Positions 1-14,200 of a DNA stretch of 63,861 bases are shown piece by piece; position 1 is the stretch's first letter; every line of letters starts with the position of its first letter. Source of the DNA: Pocillopora damicornis (taxonomy: Eukaryota); NCBI RefSeq assembly GCF_003704095.1, contig NW_020846697.1:372001-435861 (forward strand), in the 5' to 3' direction. A program made the position numbers and the translations under genes. The notes beneath the pieces were generated by a model that was not told the origin of the DNA, made no database searches, and saw only the letters and a program-made list of their open reading frames with translations.

Positions 1-296
1 TAGGCAAGATTTGTTTGCCCCATCTGAGTCCTCAAGTCTGGTGGACCCACTAACGTCCATTCTTGGTTGAGTGCAATCCATTTGGAGACGTAGCACACGG
101 TCTTGCGCAGCCAGCGGTAGAAGAAAGCGAGTCCCAGAAGCGCTCCAGCGGAACCCACCACGTAGAAAATGATACACGGATTAGACACGCACCTCTGGCT
201 GCCGTCTTTAGCTATGGAGGCCACGTTCAGCGTCATAGCTATGACAAACGTTAGCAGCCACAGTATGGGAAAAGGCTTGTCTTCTGGGAGACGCCA
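1..296 (-). CDS. MARCH-family RING-CH E3 ligase, second coding exon (two TM helices)
   Basis: Acceptor tttttccctttattag|TGG at 296. Hand translation: WRLPEDKPFPILWLLTFVIAMTLNVASIAKDGSQRCVSNPCIIFYVVGSAGALLGLAFFYRWLRKTVCYVSKWIALNQEWTLVGPPDLRTQMGQTNLA, then TA at the window edge (possibly the stop). Joins exon 1341-2105 in phase 0 to give KPFSK|W, like the MARCH 'KPLRKW' motif. Not in the supplied ORF track. Confidence 0.88.
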
Positions 297-449
297 CTAA
301 TAAAGGGAAAAAGATATGACGCGTTAGCCAGAAATTGCAAGCCACACGAATGGGCAAAAAAATTCCGGATTTGATCTAAATTTCCCCTCAGTTAGCACCC
401 ACATATAACAACTGTCATCATACGCCAGATACACTGAGGTGGATGGTTG

Positions 450-690
450 TTTAAGAATATAAGAAGACAGTGAGAGATAATATAGCACAAAAAAAAGATC
501 TTAACTAATTTATTCCTGTAACGATTACTTTCGTGCGCAAATCCCGCACGAGTTGCTAAGAGGTGAATAGGGAGGGAAAGCAAGAGTTTTATTAGCCAAT
601 CAGAGTGTCTTCAACGCTATCCTCTGTTCGCGTATATACTAACATACCCTGTATTGGTATATAGGCTGTTTACGCGGTTGCTAAATGTAG
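450..690. repeat. Probable interspersed repeat in the MARCH intron
   Basis: Contains ttattagccaatcagagtgtcttcaacgctatcctctgttcg...ggctgtttacgcggttgctaa, resembling a repeat I recall as abundant in coral genomes. Boundaries approximate; no second copy in the window. Confidence 0.4.
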
Positions 691-1340
691 TTCTGGGAAG
701 ATCCGACCACATTCTAGCAAGGAACATGAACATAGCAAAATCAACTGCACGTATCCTAATATTCTGCACTTTAAGACAACAACGACCTTGAAAACCACAA
801 CAGATAAACGAGGGATGTTCATGATTAAATTATAGACCACCTGTCGTTCCACACTGTTTGTTTACCATGTTTCTTAATGAATTCTTATTGAGTGTCGCTG
901 GTTGGACGTTAGGAGTTTTGAGCGCGCAAATTTTTTTTTGTTTCGTTTGCTAAAACAGACTTTCTCGAAAATGGAAGCATATCTGACAGGGGAATAGCAG
1001 GAATTGTGTATGTTCCTCTCAAAGCTACGGATGCCGAGAAAAAACCCGAGGAAATTCAAAATTATGAAGCTGATAGCTTGATCTGTTTAAGCGATTCAGC
1101 TGATTGGCTCTGAATACAAACTATTAAGTTTAAAAAACGAAAACTGTGTACAGCCATTTTCAGCCATCTAAATGGGTTTTGTGCAATAAACACTTGACAA
1201 AGAGTGCACATTTACACGGACATAGAATCCACAGCATTCACAGCTGGGGATCAGTAAAAGTGCTAACGGGGCAAATTAAACGCGCTAGGGCCCGAAAAAT
1301 ACTCCTATATTTCAATGAGAGACCTAAATAGCAAACTCAC

Positions 1341-2105
1341 CTTGCTAAACGGCTTCCTCTTTCGTTTGACCGCTAACGGGTACAAACACAGTTCACATTT
1401 GCTCATAACGGCTCTCTGTAGCCAGCTCATTAAACACGAATGATGTACGAACTTAACAGATCCAGTACACAGACAGGGGCTAATTAAGATTTCAATCTCG
1501 TCGTTACTGTGGCAAATCCTACAAACATCACTTTCAACCTCTGCGCTGTCGCTTTCAGAGAAGTATAGAGTTGTTGTGTCCGAAGGTGACTTATCACAAC
1601 TTTTTTCAGTATCTTTTCCCTCTGTATCCGCTGTACTTTCCATCTCGATACAAACGCTTTCAGCTTGGTCCGCCATATTAACAATGGTGGTTTCGCCTTC
1701 GAGTAAAATTTCTTTTTCTTCTATGGCGGCTGTTACGGTAAGTTCTAGATCTGTATTTTCATTCAGTTTATCCTTTTCTATCATTGGAGCTATTTCCGCT
1801 GCACTCTCTCCACATGGTTGTTCGTTATAACGACCTCCCGCTGAATTGCCTAACTCTTCTTGTTCCGCGGAAGTAGAGCTTTCGTGTTCCGTTCTTTGAA
1901 TTTCATTAGTTTTTGCATCGTCATTTTCCTTATTGTCTTGAAGGAGTATTTTTACTTGTACTGTTTCACTTTGTATTTCCTCAAGCTGTAGAGGACGATC
2001 GGTTTTAATGCAGTCACTCCGCTTAAAATTTGAACCTTCTTCCTCAATCGTTAACACTGTTACACAGTCCCCTTTGCCGCTATCAGAAAAGTTCCTCTCA
2101 GCCAT
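1341..2105 (-). CDS. MARCH-family RING-CH (RINGv) E3 ubiquitin ligase, first coding exon
   Basis: ATG at 2105 (MAERNF), 37 nt after acceptor ttccaacag| at 2142. Long acidic N-terminus, then CRICH-x9-PCLCTGSVKFVHHSCLMSWL-x7-CELC (C4HC3). Donor AAG|GTGAGT after 1341; 765 nt, phase 0. Confidence 0.92.
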
Positions 2106-3770
2106 TCGTGCTCCTTCAGTCAACTTAAAATCCCGTTAAATTCTGTTGGAAGCGGAGAGAAAAAATAAATCAAACATTGTGCAGAAAAAGCAAGGGGAAC
2201 CCTTGCAAACAGGCACAATTAGGCTATTCTACGCAAGCAAAATACTGAAAATAAATGAAAATTAATTCATACTACAGTCTTCATGTTAAAAATACAATAC
2301 CATTGGTGTGATTCACTTATGACCACAAGAATAAACGCTATAGAAATCCTTTCAAAGGAAGGTAGTTGAGGAATGGAAATCATTAAAACAATACTCAGAA
2401 AGGTTCGTTTTACTTGAATGACCAACCAGAATATAATTTTCAAGCAGCCATCTAAACCATTCGCCTCTTCACGAGAAAAATCATCCTACCCTGATGGATA
2501 AAATTTGAATAACAACTCCATGGCGGTCTCGGAATAGGGAAAAATCAATATTTTGATATCCTTTGAAAAACAGGAAATTGGCTTAACCTCTTTACACATC
2601 ACCACATTAACACGGACCGCATAATCAATGTGTAAAAACATGAAAACTTTACATGTACACTTAGAAATTTGAAAAACCCCACTTAACTCCTTTCGCTCTA
2701 TCAGTGTAAAATGCTACTGACAGATTTACTGTGAGCATACCTTTCGCAGCCGTCCTAATTTAAAAGAGCATCCTCTTATTGACGACTCCATTGGAAAATA
2801 AGTTAATATTTCAAACGAAATGGGCTGAGATGACGACACTGACAGTTGAATTACATACGGACCTTCGACTTCAAATGGCTTCGTATGGCCACAAAGGAAG
2901 ACAAACAAACAGGACTCATTTCAAATACATTGAATAAAGCTAGCGAAAAGCTCGTTAAAAGCGACAACGAAAAGCGTCTAAAAGTATCAACGTGCTCAGC
3001 AAATATCGGTCGAACCAAATATGAAAAAAAAAAAACGTCAGGGTTCAATGACTCTCCTTGTTCAAACTGACGTAAATCTCTTAGTGACGTTGACATTTCA
3101 AAAGAATCAAACAAGTTTGCCGAGGGTTTGTTTGAAAGTAGACTCCTTTTTATAACGGTTGACTGAGTCGAACTAACACGCCAACTGTGGGAAAATGGTA
3201 GATGCAGTAGTCTCGCAAATCTATGTACCGAAAGGCGACATCTCGAAGTTACAATATTTTCGCTTTCGTTAAACTTACGTACACAACGTGTTTTCGGTTT
3301 CGAAAACAAGTATAAAATTCAAAAATATGAAATTCATGATAGAAACCCGACTTAAACTCACACTTTATCTTAAATCTGTGGATTATAACTTAACTTTGTT
3401 TCCTAAAAATTACCCCAGAGAATTGTTCTACAAAAGACACAATAAACTACGGCCACCTGTAGTCATTTGCACATAGTTGATAGTTTTGTGACAGACAATT
3501 GGCGGGAAAAAAGACCGCGAGAAAATTAACAACAAAACGAACACTCGAGGAGAGCGTGCTACCCTATGGTGAAATAATTTTGGCCTCTCAGTTTTTTTAA
3601 TAGCAATGGGTAACTGATTAAATTGATCCAAACTAACTACAATAGAAAGATCTTTCTCTCTCAAGACTGCGCCAAAACTCCTTAGTTCTGTTGACAGAAA
3701 ATTCATGAACAACTTATAGAAAACTGGTTCTTAAAGCAAGCCGGGCACTAACAAAGATCCGAAAGTGAGA

Positions 3771-3870
3771 CTTACTTGAGCAGTAACAGTGTATTATTTT
3801 CAGTTCCGTTTGGTGCCTTCTTTTCTATCTCATCTGGAGCAAAGCCCACGAAATTTGCCTCGATCGATTA
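3771..3870 (-). promoter_or_regulatory. Candidate 5' non-coding exon and donor of the MARCH gene
   Basis: Minus-strand donor CAA|GTAAGT at 3776/3775. The acceptor at 2142 upstream of the ATG implies an upstream UTR exon. Confidence 0.3.
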
Positions 3871-6712
3871 GGCAGCGACTTAAACTTAATTCGACCATAC
3901 ATAAGCGGCCTGCCAATATTAGTCGCTAATGTAGCTTGTCACCATATTGAAGAATTTTCAATTTCCCACGACCAATACTAAAGGCTCTATTGATGACAGA
4001 ATAACGAAATGTTGGTTTCTCAAGAGTTACAGGACTTCCTATTCAGATAATCTTAATTAGCACTTTGAAAAAAGCACAGGACCCGTAGATAAACCCGTTA
4101 GATCAGTAGCACTATGCGCGGGAAAATACCGTGGGAAAACCACAAGAGCACGACGTTGATTGGCAGGTTTGCCGCTGAACATGCGTTGCGTTGTGTTCCA
4201 GGTGTTGCATTTAACAGGCTTTTGAATCAATCTTTTCTTTATCTTCAGCGTCTAAGGAAATTTATCAAATAAAAGATCTTTGTTGAAGAATATGGTCACC
4301 AGAAAAATAACCCTGAAAAAGATTTCTATCAACTGTGTCGTGACAAGAAGGGCTTAGCTCAGGGTAAAAAAGATTCTATTAGGCACCAGTCGATAAACTT
4401 TCACGAGCACGTTTCCAAAAGCTTGGCGCTGGTTCAAAAACCCCTTGAACTCATCAATATAGCAATCCTTTGAGCTACGAAAAATTAATTCATTTGATAT
4501 TCACGGCAATGCTCACTTTCTTTTCGGCTCAAAATCTGAATTCCTTTTTGTCTTAAGTAGTTCGCTCGTGAAAATATTGGTCCGGATGTTTATAAAAGCC
4601 GCGAATCACGTGGGACCGCATTCTACAACTTTCCCCAGTCTTTATTACAAATGCTTATCACATACGTATTCCTTCAACCTTTTAAAAGTGATGTTAATGT
4701 GCGCCAATATTCCGGTTGTACATTACTCTGTTGCACCGACAGACAGGTGAATAAACTACCAACATAGCTTTTAAACAACGAACTTAGCGTATGAACAGAA
4801 CGATATTTTCCACATCTTCTTGTACCTCTGCAACGATACTCCAATTGGCCATAATAAATTCAAACAAATATAAAGCAAATAGTACTTTAAATATACTGTT
4901 GGTTAATATTCCAAAGCGATAAATTGTGATCCCTTACATGAGTAACAAGAGGTTTCAGGGCGCGGCCTCCAAAACAGCACAGAAACCCTATGCAAGGAAG
5001 CCCTTTTCAGCTTTCCATAATGCCCAAATCTGCTTAGGAAACATTTGCTTTGCCCTAAGACGCAGTCATTGTGGATAAAACTAATTTCAGACTCTCTCAA
5101 AATCTCAACAAACTGCACAACAAATGATGAGAAAATCTGTCTTAAGTACTTTTACTTCACTGTTGCCGAAGAACGAGATATGGACCAATATGGGCCCCTT
5201 TATTGTACACATCTACATTTCCTGATGCAAGCCGCTGACAAAACTTAAAGATATCGTCTTTTCATAAAACGACTACACGACAGAATTAAAACATCTGAAA
5301 ACTAAAACAGGAACGCCATGGACCCTCTATTTTGAGAAATTATCAATTATCAATTTTTTAAAATTCGACTTTGAGCCTTTTCTTACAAGCATAACACATG
5401 GTAGCTTAGGGCGCAGAATCATGAAAAAAAATTTGAGCATCTGGAATAATTTTCATTTCCGTCGTTAAGTTTGAAATTAGGTTTGTCCTCCTAAATTTTG
5501 TCACAGTAACATTAATACACGCTCTCGATTGGATGGCAGCCAGCGCACACAGTGAACGAAGACGAAGGACGTTCGAAACATTTGGTTAACATTAGTAGAC
5601 GAAACAATTCAAATCAAACGAACAGTTGCCGGCTGAAGCTCACGTCCGCCAAATGAACATAATATTGTGCATTTGGCACGTGCACAAAATTATTCTCCTA
5701 AAGAAACTAGCGTAGAAATACTGAGTTCTTTAGAACTGAACCGCAGTAAATGTGGCTGGTTCGACTTAACCACATAACCACACGAATCACAGAATTGTAC
5801 GAACTGATACGCCTTTGATAAAACGGTTAAAATCGTCTACCCGCAACAATACAAACGCTATTTCTACATCTACTCACCTAACTGCGCAACAAACAGTCTG
5901 CTACCAACAACAACAAGTGATCTGGAGGTATGAGATATCTACATGTACCAAACGTTTTTTAGTTCCGCTGGCGCGCTATTTCAACTTAATGGCCCAACCG
6001 CTCTGTTCTTAATAAAGTTATGTACCAAACTGGTCAGTTTTAACCTGTTGTGAACTGATGTAAGGCCTCTATGTTAGACTTACCGCTGGTGGTCGCATTC
6101 AACACACAAAGTTAAGAACAGCCTTTTAAAGCAATGTTGATTTTACCTTCTGTTGGTGAAATTCATTCTCCTGAATCTCGCCCCATGAAGTTGACGTTGG
6201 CCTTACATAAATATTATCTTTAAGAATTTGAAATAATAAGCATCGGGCCAATCTTTTTAACAAGTTCAATAGCTGTCCGCATATCGTCAAAATTTGCATC
6301 TATTACAAAAATTTCCACGCCCATGTTAACCTAAAGGTCACCGTTTAGGTTATTTTCGTCTAGATTATAGGCGAGACCAAATTTACGAGCTTGCAATTGG
6401 GCTACCGAGTAGAAAAAAAACAGTTGGAACTTGAGGATTTGATGGCGGCTGACACGACTCTCTGCTCTTTGCCTGGGGAATAAAACTCTTGAGCGCGCCA
6501 ATAAAGATAACGACATTGTTTTCACAGTCGAGTGTAAAAACCGTCTGTACATATTTGTTTAACTAAAGGCGTCAAAACCATTTTCGCCAACGAACTTTCC
6601 CATATTGAATGTCTGATGTAAGAACACAAGTTTTCCCTTTATGAAGGGCGCCGAGTGAGGTGAAATAACCGCCCTTTGGCGGGAACAATCCTAAATCTGC
6701 TGATCAAGTTCT

Positions 6713-6726
6713 GTTGCCACAGTAAC
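6713..6726 (+). promoter_or_regulatory. RFX X-box-like motif GTTGCCACAGTAAC
   Basis: Close match to the X-box consensus GTTGCCATGGCAAC; target gene unclear. Confidence 0.3.
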
Positions 6727-7705
6727 AACATCTTCCTTACTATATTAATAACGAGATGATCCACACTTCTATGCTTCATTCAACAATGGCACACTCACTA
6801 AAGCAGCTAATTTTAATCACATATCATCGTTTCGCAAATCGAACCACACTATAAATGACTACCGCAGTCACTTTCTTCTCATCAAGTGATCTTCGCGCTA
6901 AATCACTCTCGACCGGCTCTGCAACTTCAGCGTTGAAAGACTTTGAACAGAAGACAAATGTCGCGTCTGAATGCTCAAAGAATGAATCGCTCATTTATAT
7001 TCGATGCCTTTTCCTCTGAGTGTTTCCTATTTTAGCCGACGACCATTTTTACAGAACAAAAATAAAGTGTGTTTCTGTTTGGGGAGCGAACCACCAGAAT
7101 TTCCGTGAAAACTAATTCTAAATTGCAACCATTCTCAACATAGTCAAACAGCTGCAGTCGTCAAATCTGCTCAACTCCTCTCAACTTTTTTCTCACGACC
7201 GAGTCATTTTGACATTAATTTGATTTATCAATTAATTTTGACCTTCAGCTTCAAGTACCGAGTTCCACGATGTTGTAAACAAGGGACCGATTGAAACATT
7301 CCTAGCAACAAATAAAACCGAAAAGAGATGCCACAGTAAAAAAAGCAAACAATTCAGCAGAATTAGGTGAGGTTGCTAATAATGTGCAACTGAAAAATTG
7401 AATCCTCGTCCTGAAAACCAGCTGTTATATTCTGTTACTAAGCTGTACTTTCACTTATGCAGCGTTTGAAGTGCATACTCAAGAGAACAAGTATTTCTTT
7501 TTCACAGGTAACAACGGACTAACTAATTGGAGCAATTAATTCAGAGAGATTGGACCTTTAGACTGGTCGCCAGTGAAGACGAAACATATTCGACCAAGAT
7601 AGATGTCATAAAGAATGCTCTCAGTTACTATGAGTTGCATTGTGCCTGAATGCTTTTGCAAAAATCTCGGTATGGTAAGAGAGATTTTTTTCTTCCGAGC
7701 TTGCA

Positions 7706-8206
7706 CTAGACATTCCGGAAATAGGTCAGACGAAATAAAAGACGAAGTCTCGTTAGATTAAAAAGCTGATTGCTAAGGTCCTTATAGGTCCCTGAGAGCT
7801 TGTGAGTGACGAGATCCTGGATTTTGGAATTGTGACAAATGTTACAAATTAATATTACGAAAACTTCTCCCTTCCTTGAGGGAGAAATTAAGAGGTGCAC
7901 ACGCTTGTTGACAGCGGAATAGTTCCGACAGGTTCCACACACGGTTTCCTTACTATCTTTCATTTGGAAACCATTCTTACTACGTAATAAATCGATGTTT
8001 TCCTCTTTACTACTTGTAAGGGCCGAGTTTCTGCCGATATCCTCGAGTGCAACGAAGCATTTAATTTCCTTAACAGGACACAGATCTCTTCCCTGATCTG
8101 AAAGTCGCCAGTGATTCTTCAAGTAACAGATAAAAATGGCCCTGAGCATGAAGCACAGACTATATTTTGATGAAGAGCCACCGAGAAACTTGTGAAAATT
8201 TCGCAT
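7706..8206 (-). CDS. Orphan 166-aa ORF with CxxC...CxxCH (zinc-finger/HNH-like) motif
   Basis: True ATG start; uninterrupted 501 nt in AT-rich DNA. Contains CGTC-x10-HLLISPSRKGE-x7-CNICHN. TATA-like CCTATTTATAG about 95 nt upstream on the minus strand. Confidence 0.35.
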   Translation of the reverse strand: MRNFHKFLGGSSSKYSLCFMLRAIFICYLKNHWRLSDQGRDLCPVKEIKCFVALEDIGRNSALTSSKEENIDLLRSKNGFQMKDSKETVCGTCRNYSAVNKRVHLLISPSRKGEVFVILICNICHNSKIQDLVTHKLSGTYKDLSNQLFNLTRLRLLFRLTYFRNV

Positions 8207-11200
8207 GTTTCCTTACGCAAATTAATTCACAAAGATAAAAATACCATTAATTCCAATCTTGATATTAGGAAACACTCAAGGTTATTGTACCTTTCTGTCT
8301 ATAAATAGGCCGCCAGATACACGTTGCTTTCTAGACATTCATAGATTAGAAACGGTTTTCTCCGTATTCTCAGAGCTCAAGAACTCTGTTTCAACAAGCT
8401 AGTGCCTGTTTATTCAAAGGCTGTTTAGATAAATCTTGTTGAAAGCATTTGAAATCGAAAACAATCTACCACTGGCTAAGGGAAAATCGAATGTTAAAAC
8501 TTTAAACCCTATAACCAAATCATCTGTTTTTAGTTAAGCAAAGGCAATCGCGGTAATGGCGAAATAAAAATTATATTTAAAGCACTTGACCCGTTTAAAA
8601 AATTCCCTTCCTTTCCCTCGAATTAAAATCAGTGTTGATAAATGTTTTGTAATCTATAAATAAGGATGAAATCACCCTACTATTTCAATTAGAGAAGAAA
8701 CTCGATTACAAGTGATGTTACATTGTAGTTAAGAAGCAACTTTCATTTTCAAACAAGTTACAGACATCCTCTCGAGTTGCCTTCCAGCCTGGCAGATATT
8801 GACAACACAGCCCACCCGCAAGTAAAAATGTAAATTTCGGGCAACTGAAAAATATCACAAAAGTGCATTTTTTTAAAAATGCCTCACACATGAAGCTGAA
8901 GTTCAAGCATACGATAAAGTAAAGCTTAAAAAGCTATAAATCAGATCAAAAAGGAATTAACACAGGCGATGTGACTGTCATTCTAAAATGGAATCACAAA
9001 AATACACATGTGGAACACCGTTTAGTCTGCCGAGCTACGGATGTTGTTAAGCTGACCTCAGTTATGAAAATAAACAACAATAGTTCTCCTCTACGCACAT
9101 TACTGTGAGGAATTTAAAAACTTTCTAGAATATATAACACAACCCTGAATTCGATTAGATTGAAACAGGTTTTGATTTCAATTACAAAGACTAAACGCAC
9201 TATGGTTTAATATGTTCATCTGATTTTTACGTTGCGTAGATAAGGAAATTATTGACCTAATTTCCGTTGTAGCAATTCAGAGTGGTTCAACAAAAAAAAA
9301 CCTTCCGACGTGTTTACCATTTTTTCCTCCTTCACAGGTTTCGGTGTGTGGTCCGAACAGAGCTCTCTCTAGTTCGATGCCTTCACTCTAAACAAGCATT
9401 TGACTGACTGGCATAGCACTTCTATGTCAATAAAATTCCTTTGTAATGCTTAAAAAAAATCCCCAACGAACAACATTTTCATAGTGTGTGAAGAAAGGCT
9501 CTGGAAAACAGCACACACTCCTCCTTCTCGGTTCGACGTGACAGCCTCAAGCAATTTACTGTCTTCGAACAAAAGCAGAAATTTTCAATTACCGAAAATC
9601 TGTCTCATCTCCTACGTTTGACAAAATATATCCGTTCAAAAACAGGATTGTTTTCCTACCTTGACGCAAAGCTCTTTAACTCTTTCTGTGAAGGTATTTT
9701 GTTCCCACGCTGGCTGACGACAGAGGCGAATATGCATTTCGGATGAATTGAAATCGATACGTGTTTTGAAGACCGCGTGGTACAAGCAGATAACACACTT
9801 GTGACTGAACTCGCCTCGACTTGCCCTTCAAACAATTGACAGATTTGTGACAGTCCGTCAACAAACGCGCGAGAGTCAGATGTATTGTTCTTAAATTTCG
9901 ACTATTGTTTGTTGCAAGATGACTCATGCTTAAAACTATTTTCGCCGTCACGCAGGGGCACAAAAATCTTGTTTCATCCCGTCAGAAGTTCTGAGACACC
10001 TTTATTTTTCAAAAACAGACTATTTAAAGTACATTGTGGATATAAAATGTGCGACATACAGTCACCGTACGGTATGCAAATTCCACAACACGCGGGCGAC
10101 GCAGCTGCCAAAAGCGACTTGCTAACAATAAGCACATCTGCCTCTCGAGACATCTATTGTATTTTACCCTCTCTGAGCTTCGCAATCCTTAATATACCTG
10201 AAACTGCGGGTATGAAAAAAATTGTAAGGGAACTTTCTCTGCTTTATGGTGAAATACAGGAAAAATGTTCTGGTTAGAAATTGGATTGACGCTCCCGCTT
10301 AAGCGGACCGTGACATGTAATTGACGCTGCAGTGAGAGTTATTCATTGTGTGAAATAAGGAAGGTCACTACCCGTGTCCAAACAGACGCGGAATACAATA
10401 ACACCACGTGGACTCAACCAATCAGAGAAGCGCATACGAAAGTGAGCCACTTAATGGCGCATGTGTTTTGTGAGCACAGAATTGAAACTTTTAAAATTAC
10501 GAAAACGTTTGAAAAGGCCCACGCGGCGATAATGTTTACTTGACAATCAGTTAATTAGTGGCTCTTCACTCGGAGAAATATCTTTAAGTTTGTGATACTT
10601 ATCGAGTCCTCGTACCATGTATTTATAAAAAAGCTGTGTCTGTTTAGTATTCGTGGGAACTTACTATTGCCCCATCCTTTTTGCATGAGACGTAGGTAGC
10701 ATTAAGCAGAAGTTCCTGGTTTACAAGCGGCATTCAGTGGCAAAACAAATTATATCGTGAAAATCAACCCTTGCTAACAGGTCTGAGATAAAATAGAACG
10801 AATTGAGGGGCTAATCTCTGGGATGGGGAGAGGAGAAGAAGATATAAATTGTATGAAACTTAAAACTTAAAATAATGTTTCTCTTCCCCCTGTTTCTCGA
10901 TTCCAGAACTTAGCACTAATTCAGGTTACAGGTCAGGTCCGACTGCCAACGTCTGTTTCTTTACCAAAAGAGTTCGCAAGAATCTCAATGGAGATTGAAA
11001 ATTGTGTGAATTCAACATTCAATTTAGATTACGACCAGTACCCGCTTTCGGAAGAGTCCGTTACAAGAGTCAAAAAAAAAATCTGAGAAAAAAAAAGTTG
11101 ATGCTATCACGATCACAACAGATTTCGCCGAAAAATATAACTGGGGTCTGGGTACGAACAATGTAAGGGAATTCACGCTCAGTGAGGGGTGAGTGAATCA

Positions 11201-14200
11201 AGCCATTTCGTAGCCAAGAAGAAATGTACTCGAAAGAGATTCAATATTTCAGGAATGTTATGTGTAAAATATAAAAATCCCAGATGTGGTTTGAAGTTAG
11301 CTGATCAAAGATTAAATAAACATGCTTATATGTTACATACGAGGAAAGCTTCGAAAGACACACTGCACGCTGCATTCATTCAGGCGACACGTGCATTGAC
11401 TCAAGATTCGCATGCGAGTGTCAGGTTGTCCCTTCAATTTGAAACTAAATACTTTTCGAAGCATTGAAATGATTAAATATGAGACTCAGAGAGCTAAAAT
11501 ACAGAGATCTAGAGATCTGGCGCACTGTGTCAAGGTTCAGCTGTTAAGACAAATTATATGCCGAACGTCAATCAGTTGTGATGATGAAAAACGCTTGACC
11601 TTATCAAAACGATCAAGAGGGAAAGAAAAGATTAAAATAAAATCCACTTAGTATCCCAGAGGCTTGGTCAGTAGGCTTAGACAGAAATTATGATCATCTG
11701 ATTAAGGCTTCTAAGCTTATTAAAATGATTTTGACTGAATCTTTTTCCCCACTTCCCCTCGTGAAGATCACGTTTTGACTCTTTGCACGTGCAAAACTTT
11801 TCATGTCTTGAATAAACCTCGCTTGCAAACCACCACAACGGATAACATTTCTATCAACACTGATATGCTTTGAATCAGATAGCACGAGAAAAAAATGGCT
11901 GCTTTCACAAAACATATGGATTTGTTAAAAGCCTCCCGATACATAGGCAATTGTATTACATTTGTTAAGCTTTATTACACAGGCTTAAAGTGAAACTGTA
12001 GTAATAATGACGGAACTGTGTTTCATTTCAGCTGATGGCTTTACAGTATGTAGCAGCTTACGGCCACAAAGTTTCCCTTCATAAGCTCTAGAGACACTTA
12101 GAACCCTTGGACTTCCATCACGCCGTTCATTCTACGTAAAAAATCTTAAGATGCCTTGATCGAGGTTTTTAATCGCACTAGCATGTACAGCTGTAAGAGT
12201 TTCTTACACGAAGTCCTGGAAGAAAACTGCCCTGAGTGGCCTTATAGTGACCCAGTGAATAATTCTAAAGCGTTTGTCAGTCCTTTTAACATATACAACG
12301 TAATAATCCGATAAACATTTTTTTTTAAGGAGAACTTTGCGGGGTACTGAAAAGGGTCTTTACAAACAGGATGAAAAAAATAGCATCAGGTAATCCATTA
12401 CTGATAATTTCTCTTTTGACGTAAGGTCTCAGCTGCGTTAGTGGGCTATTCTTTAACATTAAAAACAATATTATGAAACCTAAGAGAAGACGGAAATAGC
12501 AAAGGAAACGCGTTTGAACGGTCAGCTGTATACAAAACCCCTCTAAACAAGTGAATTATGGTGATATTTGGTTTTGAACTTAACAAGTACCAGATGGACA
12601 GCTTTGGGAACTCTGACCTGTTTGAAAGTAAAGCTTGATTTGAAAATTGCTTTGGCTTTCCACCAAGATATAAAATAGTAACTCGGCCAATTGTGTAAAT
12701 TACTTATTATTTGATTTAAGGCGTTACCATGACATGATGATTACACACACTGATGACGCCGATGAGTTAGCCAGTGATGTAAAACTCATAGTAGGAAAAC
12801 TTGGCGCCGATAAACTCACAAAGGTTGTTGGAATTTACCTTGAATACTTCCAAATTGAAGTGGCAAGAGTGCGTCGACCAACTGTATCTCAGGAGGCTTT
12901 CCTGTTTCGGGTCAAATTTGGTGTCCCCGATGCTTTATTATCTTAAACTATAGTAACGAGTTACAAAACCACAGGGGCAAGAAAAGGGCATGATTATTTC
13001 AAATGCGTGGCATCATTGAGCTTTGGAAATGGATGCTAAGGGAACTTAACCAATGTATGTTTGAATTAATTGAACGTTCGTCTCTCTTCACTATAACGCC
13101 GATGGCTCTACGGTGAGAATTGTAAATTCTACGCGACTTTCATTAGTAAAACAATATCTTTCTGTACATAAGTCTTAAAGATTTCTTGAATTTTCGTAAC
13201 TACTCACCAAAGAAAGGTCTGAGATTTTCCCACTGTATCTTAAACAATCTCCTTCGCTAGGACAAGCTTGACTTCCGGATATCAGTGTTCGATTTCAATC
13301 ATCAGCGCTCGAAGAATTATGAAGAAGTGTTCGTTCTTGCTCTCTACGATTCTTTTTTTTTTTTTTTCAGCTGCGTGCAAGATTACTATTAGTGCTTTGT
13401 TTGTGGTCGAGATGCGTGCAGATTCTTGAAATGACTTGCCCTATGCTCTAGTAGGTTTATAGATACTACTGTATAATGTTTATCATGTCACTCTGTCTTT
13501 GTAATAAGAGCCAAGAAGGTTAATTGTCTAACAGTTTTTGAATCTCCTACGTGCTCAAATTAGCTGATCCAAAATCGATTACAAAAGTGACGTTCCCTAT
13601 TTTAATATCTTCTTTCAGACATCTTTTGTATCTAGTTTTAAAGCTCTGATGGACACAAACAATACTTAGATTAAGAATTGTCATTTATGTAACGCCCCCC
13701 TTAAGAAATTCAGTTTAAGTTTCACGAGTCGTGGAATTCAACTGATTACTAAACACCTTAAACATCATTTGTAAACTTGTCAATGATAGTATTTTGAAAT
13801 AACAAAAAACAGGATACCAGACTGAAAGACTCTTGAGTTGTTATTTAAATTGATTCAACATAAATGACCTTCTTCTTGAACTATGGGTAGAAAGGGAAGA
13901 ATACAAAACACTTATTGACTGAAAGATCGTGCTATAAATCTTGTGTTGCACGATGTCCTAGGAAAAACTGTTATTTCATGTCCACTATAGTTTCTTTGAG
14001 TTCATCTCTAAATAAATTTATGCAAGCCGCGTTCCCGTGTAAACAAGATGGTTTGTTGAAATATAGATGTTTCTAAGATGCCAAATCCAGTTACCAAATT
14101 AAATGGATTTTCAACCCTTCCTTAGGAGTCTGAGATTAATTAACACACATGATAATCTAGTGAAGTGGTAGGTTCTAGAGTAACAGATATGTCAGTAGTC

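Noticed and set aside
1484-1830. Alternative-frame and antisense ORFs over real genes (also 21298, 22599, 29182, 37199, 45285, 56388, 61595)
   Set aside because: Shadows of the true coding frames.
2851-3309. 152-aa minus-strand ORF upstream of MARCH
   Set aside because: TTG start, no recognisable domain and no convincing splice sites; probably lies in a UTR intron.
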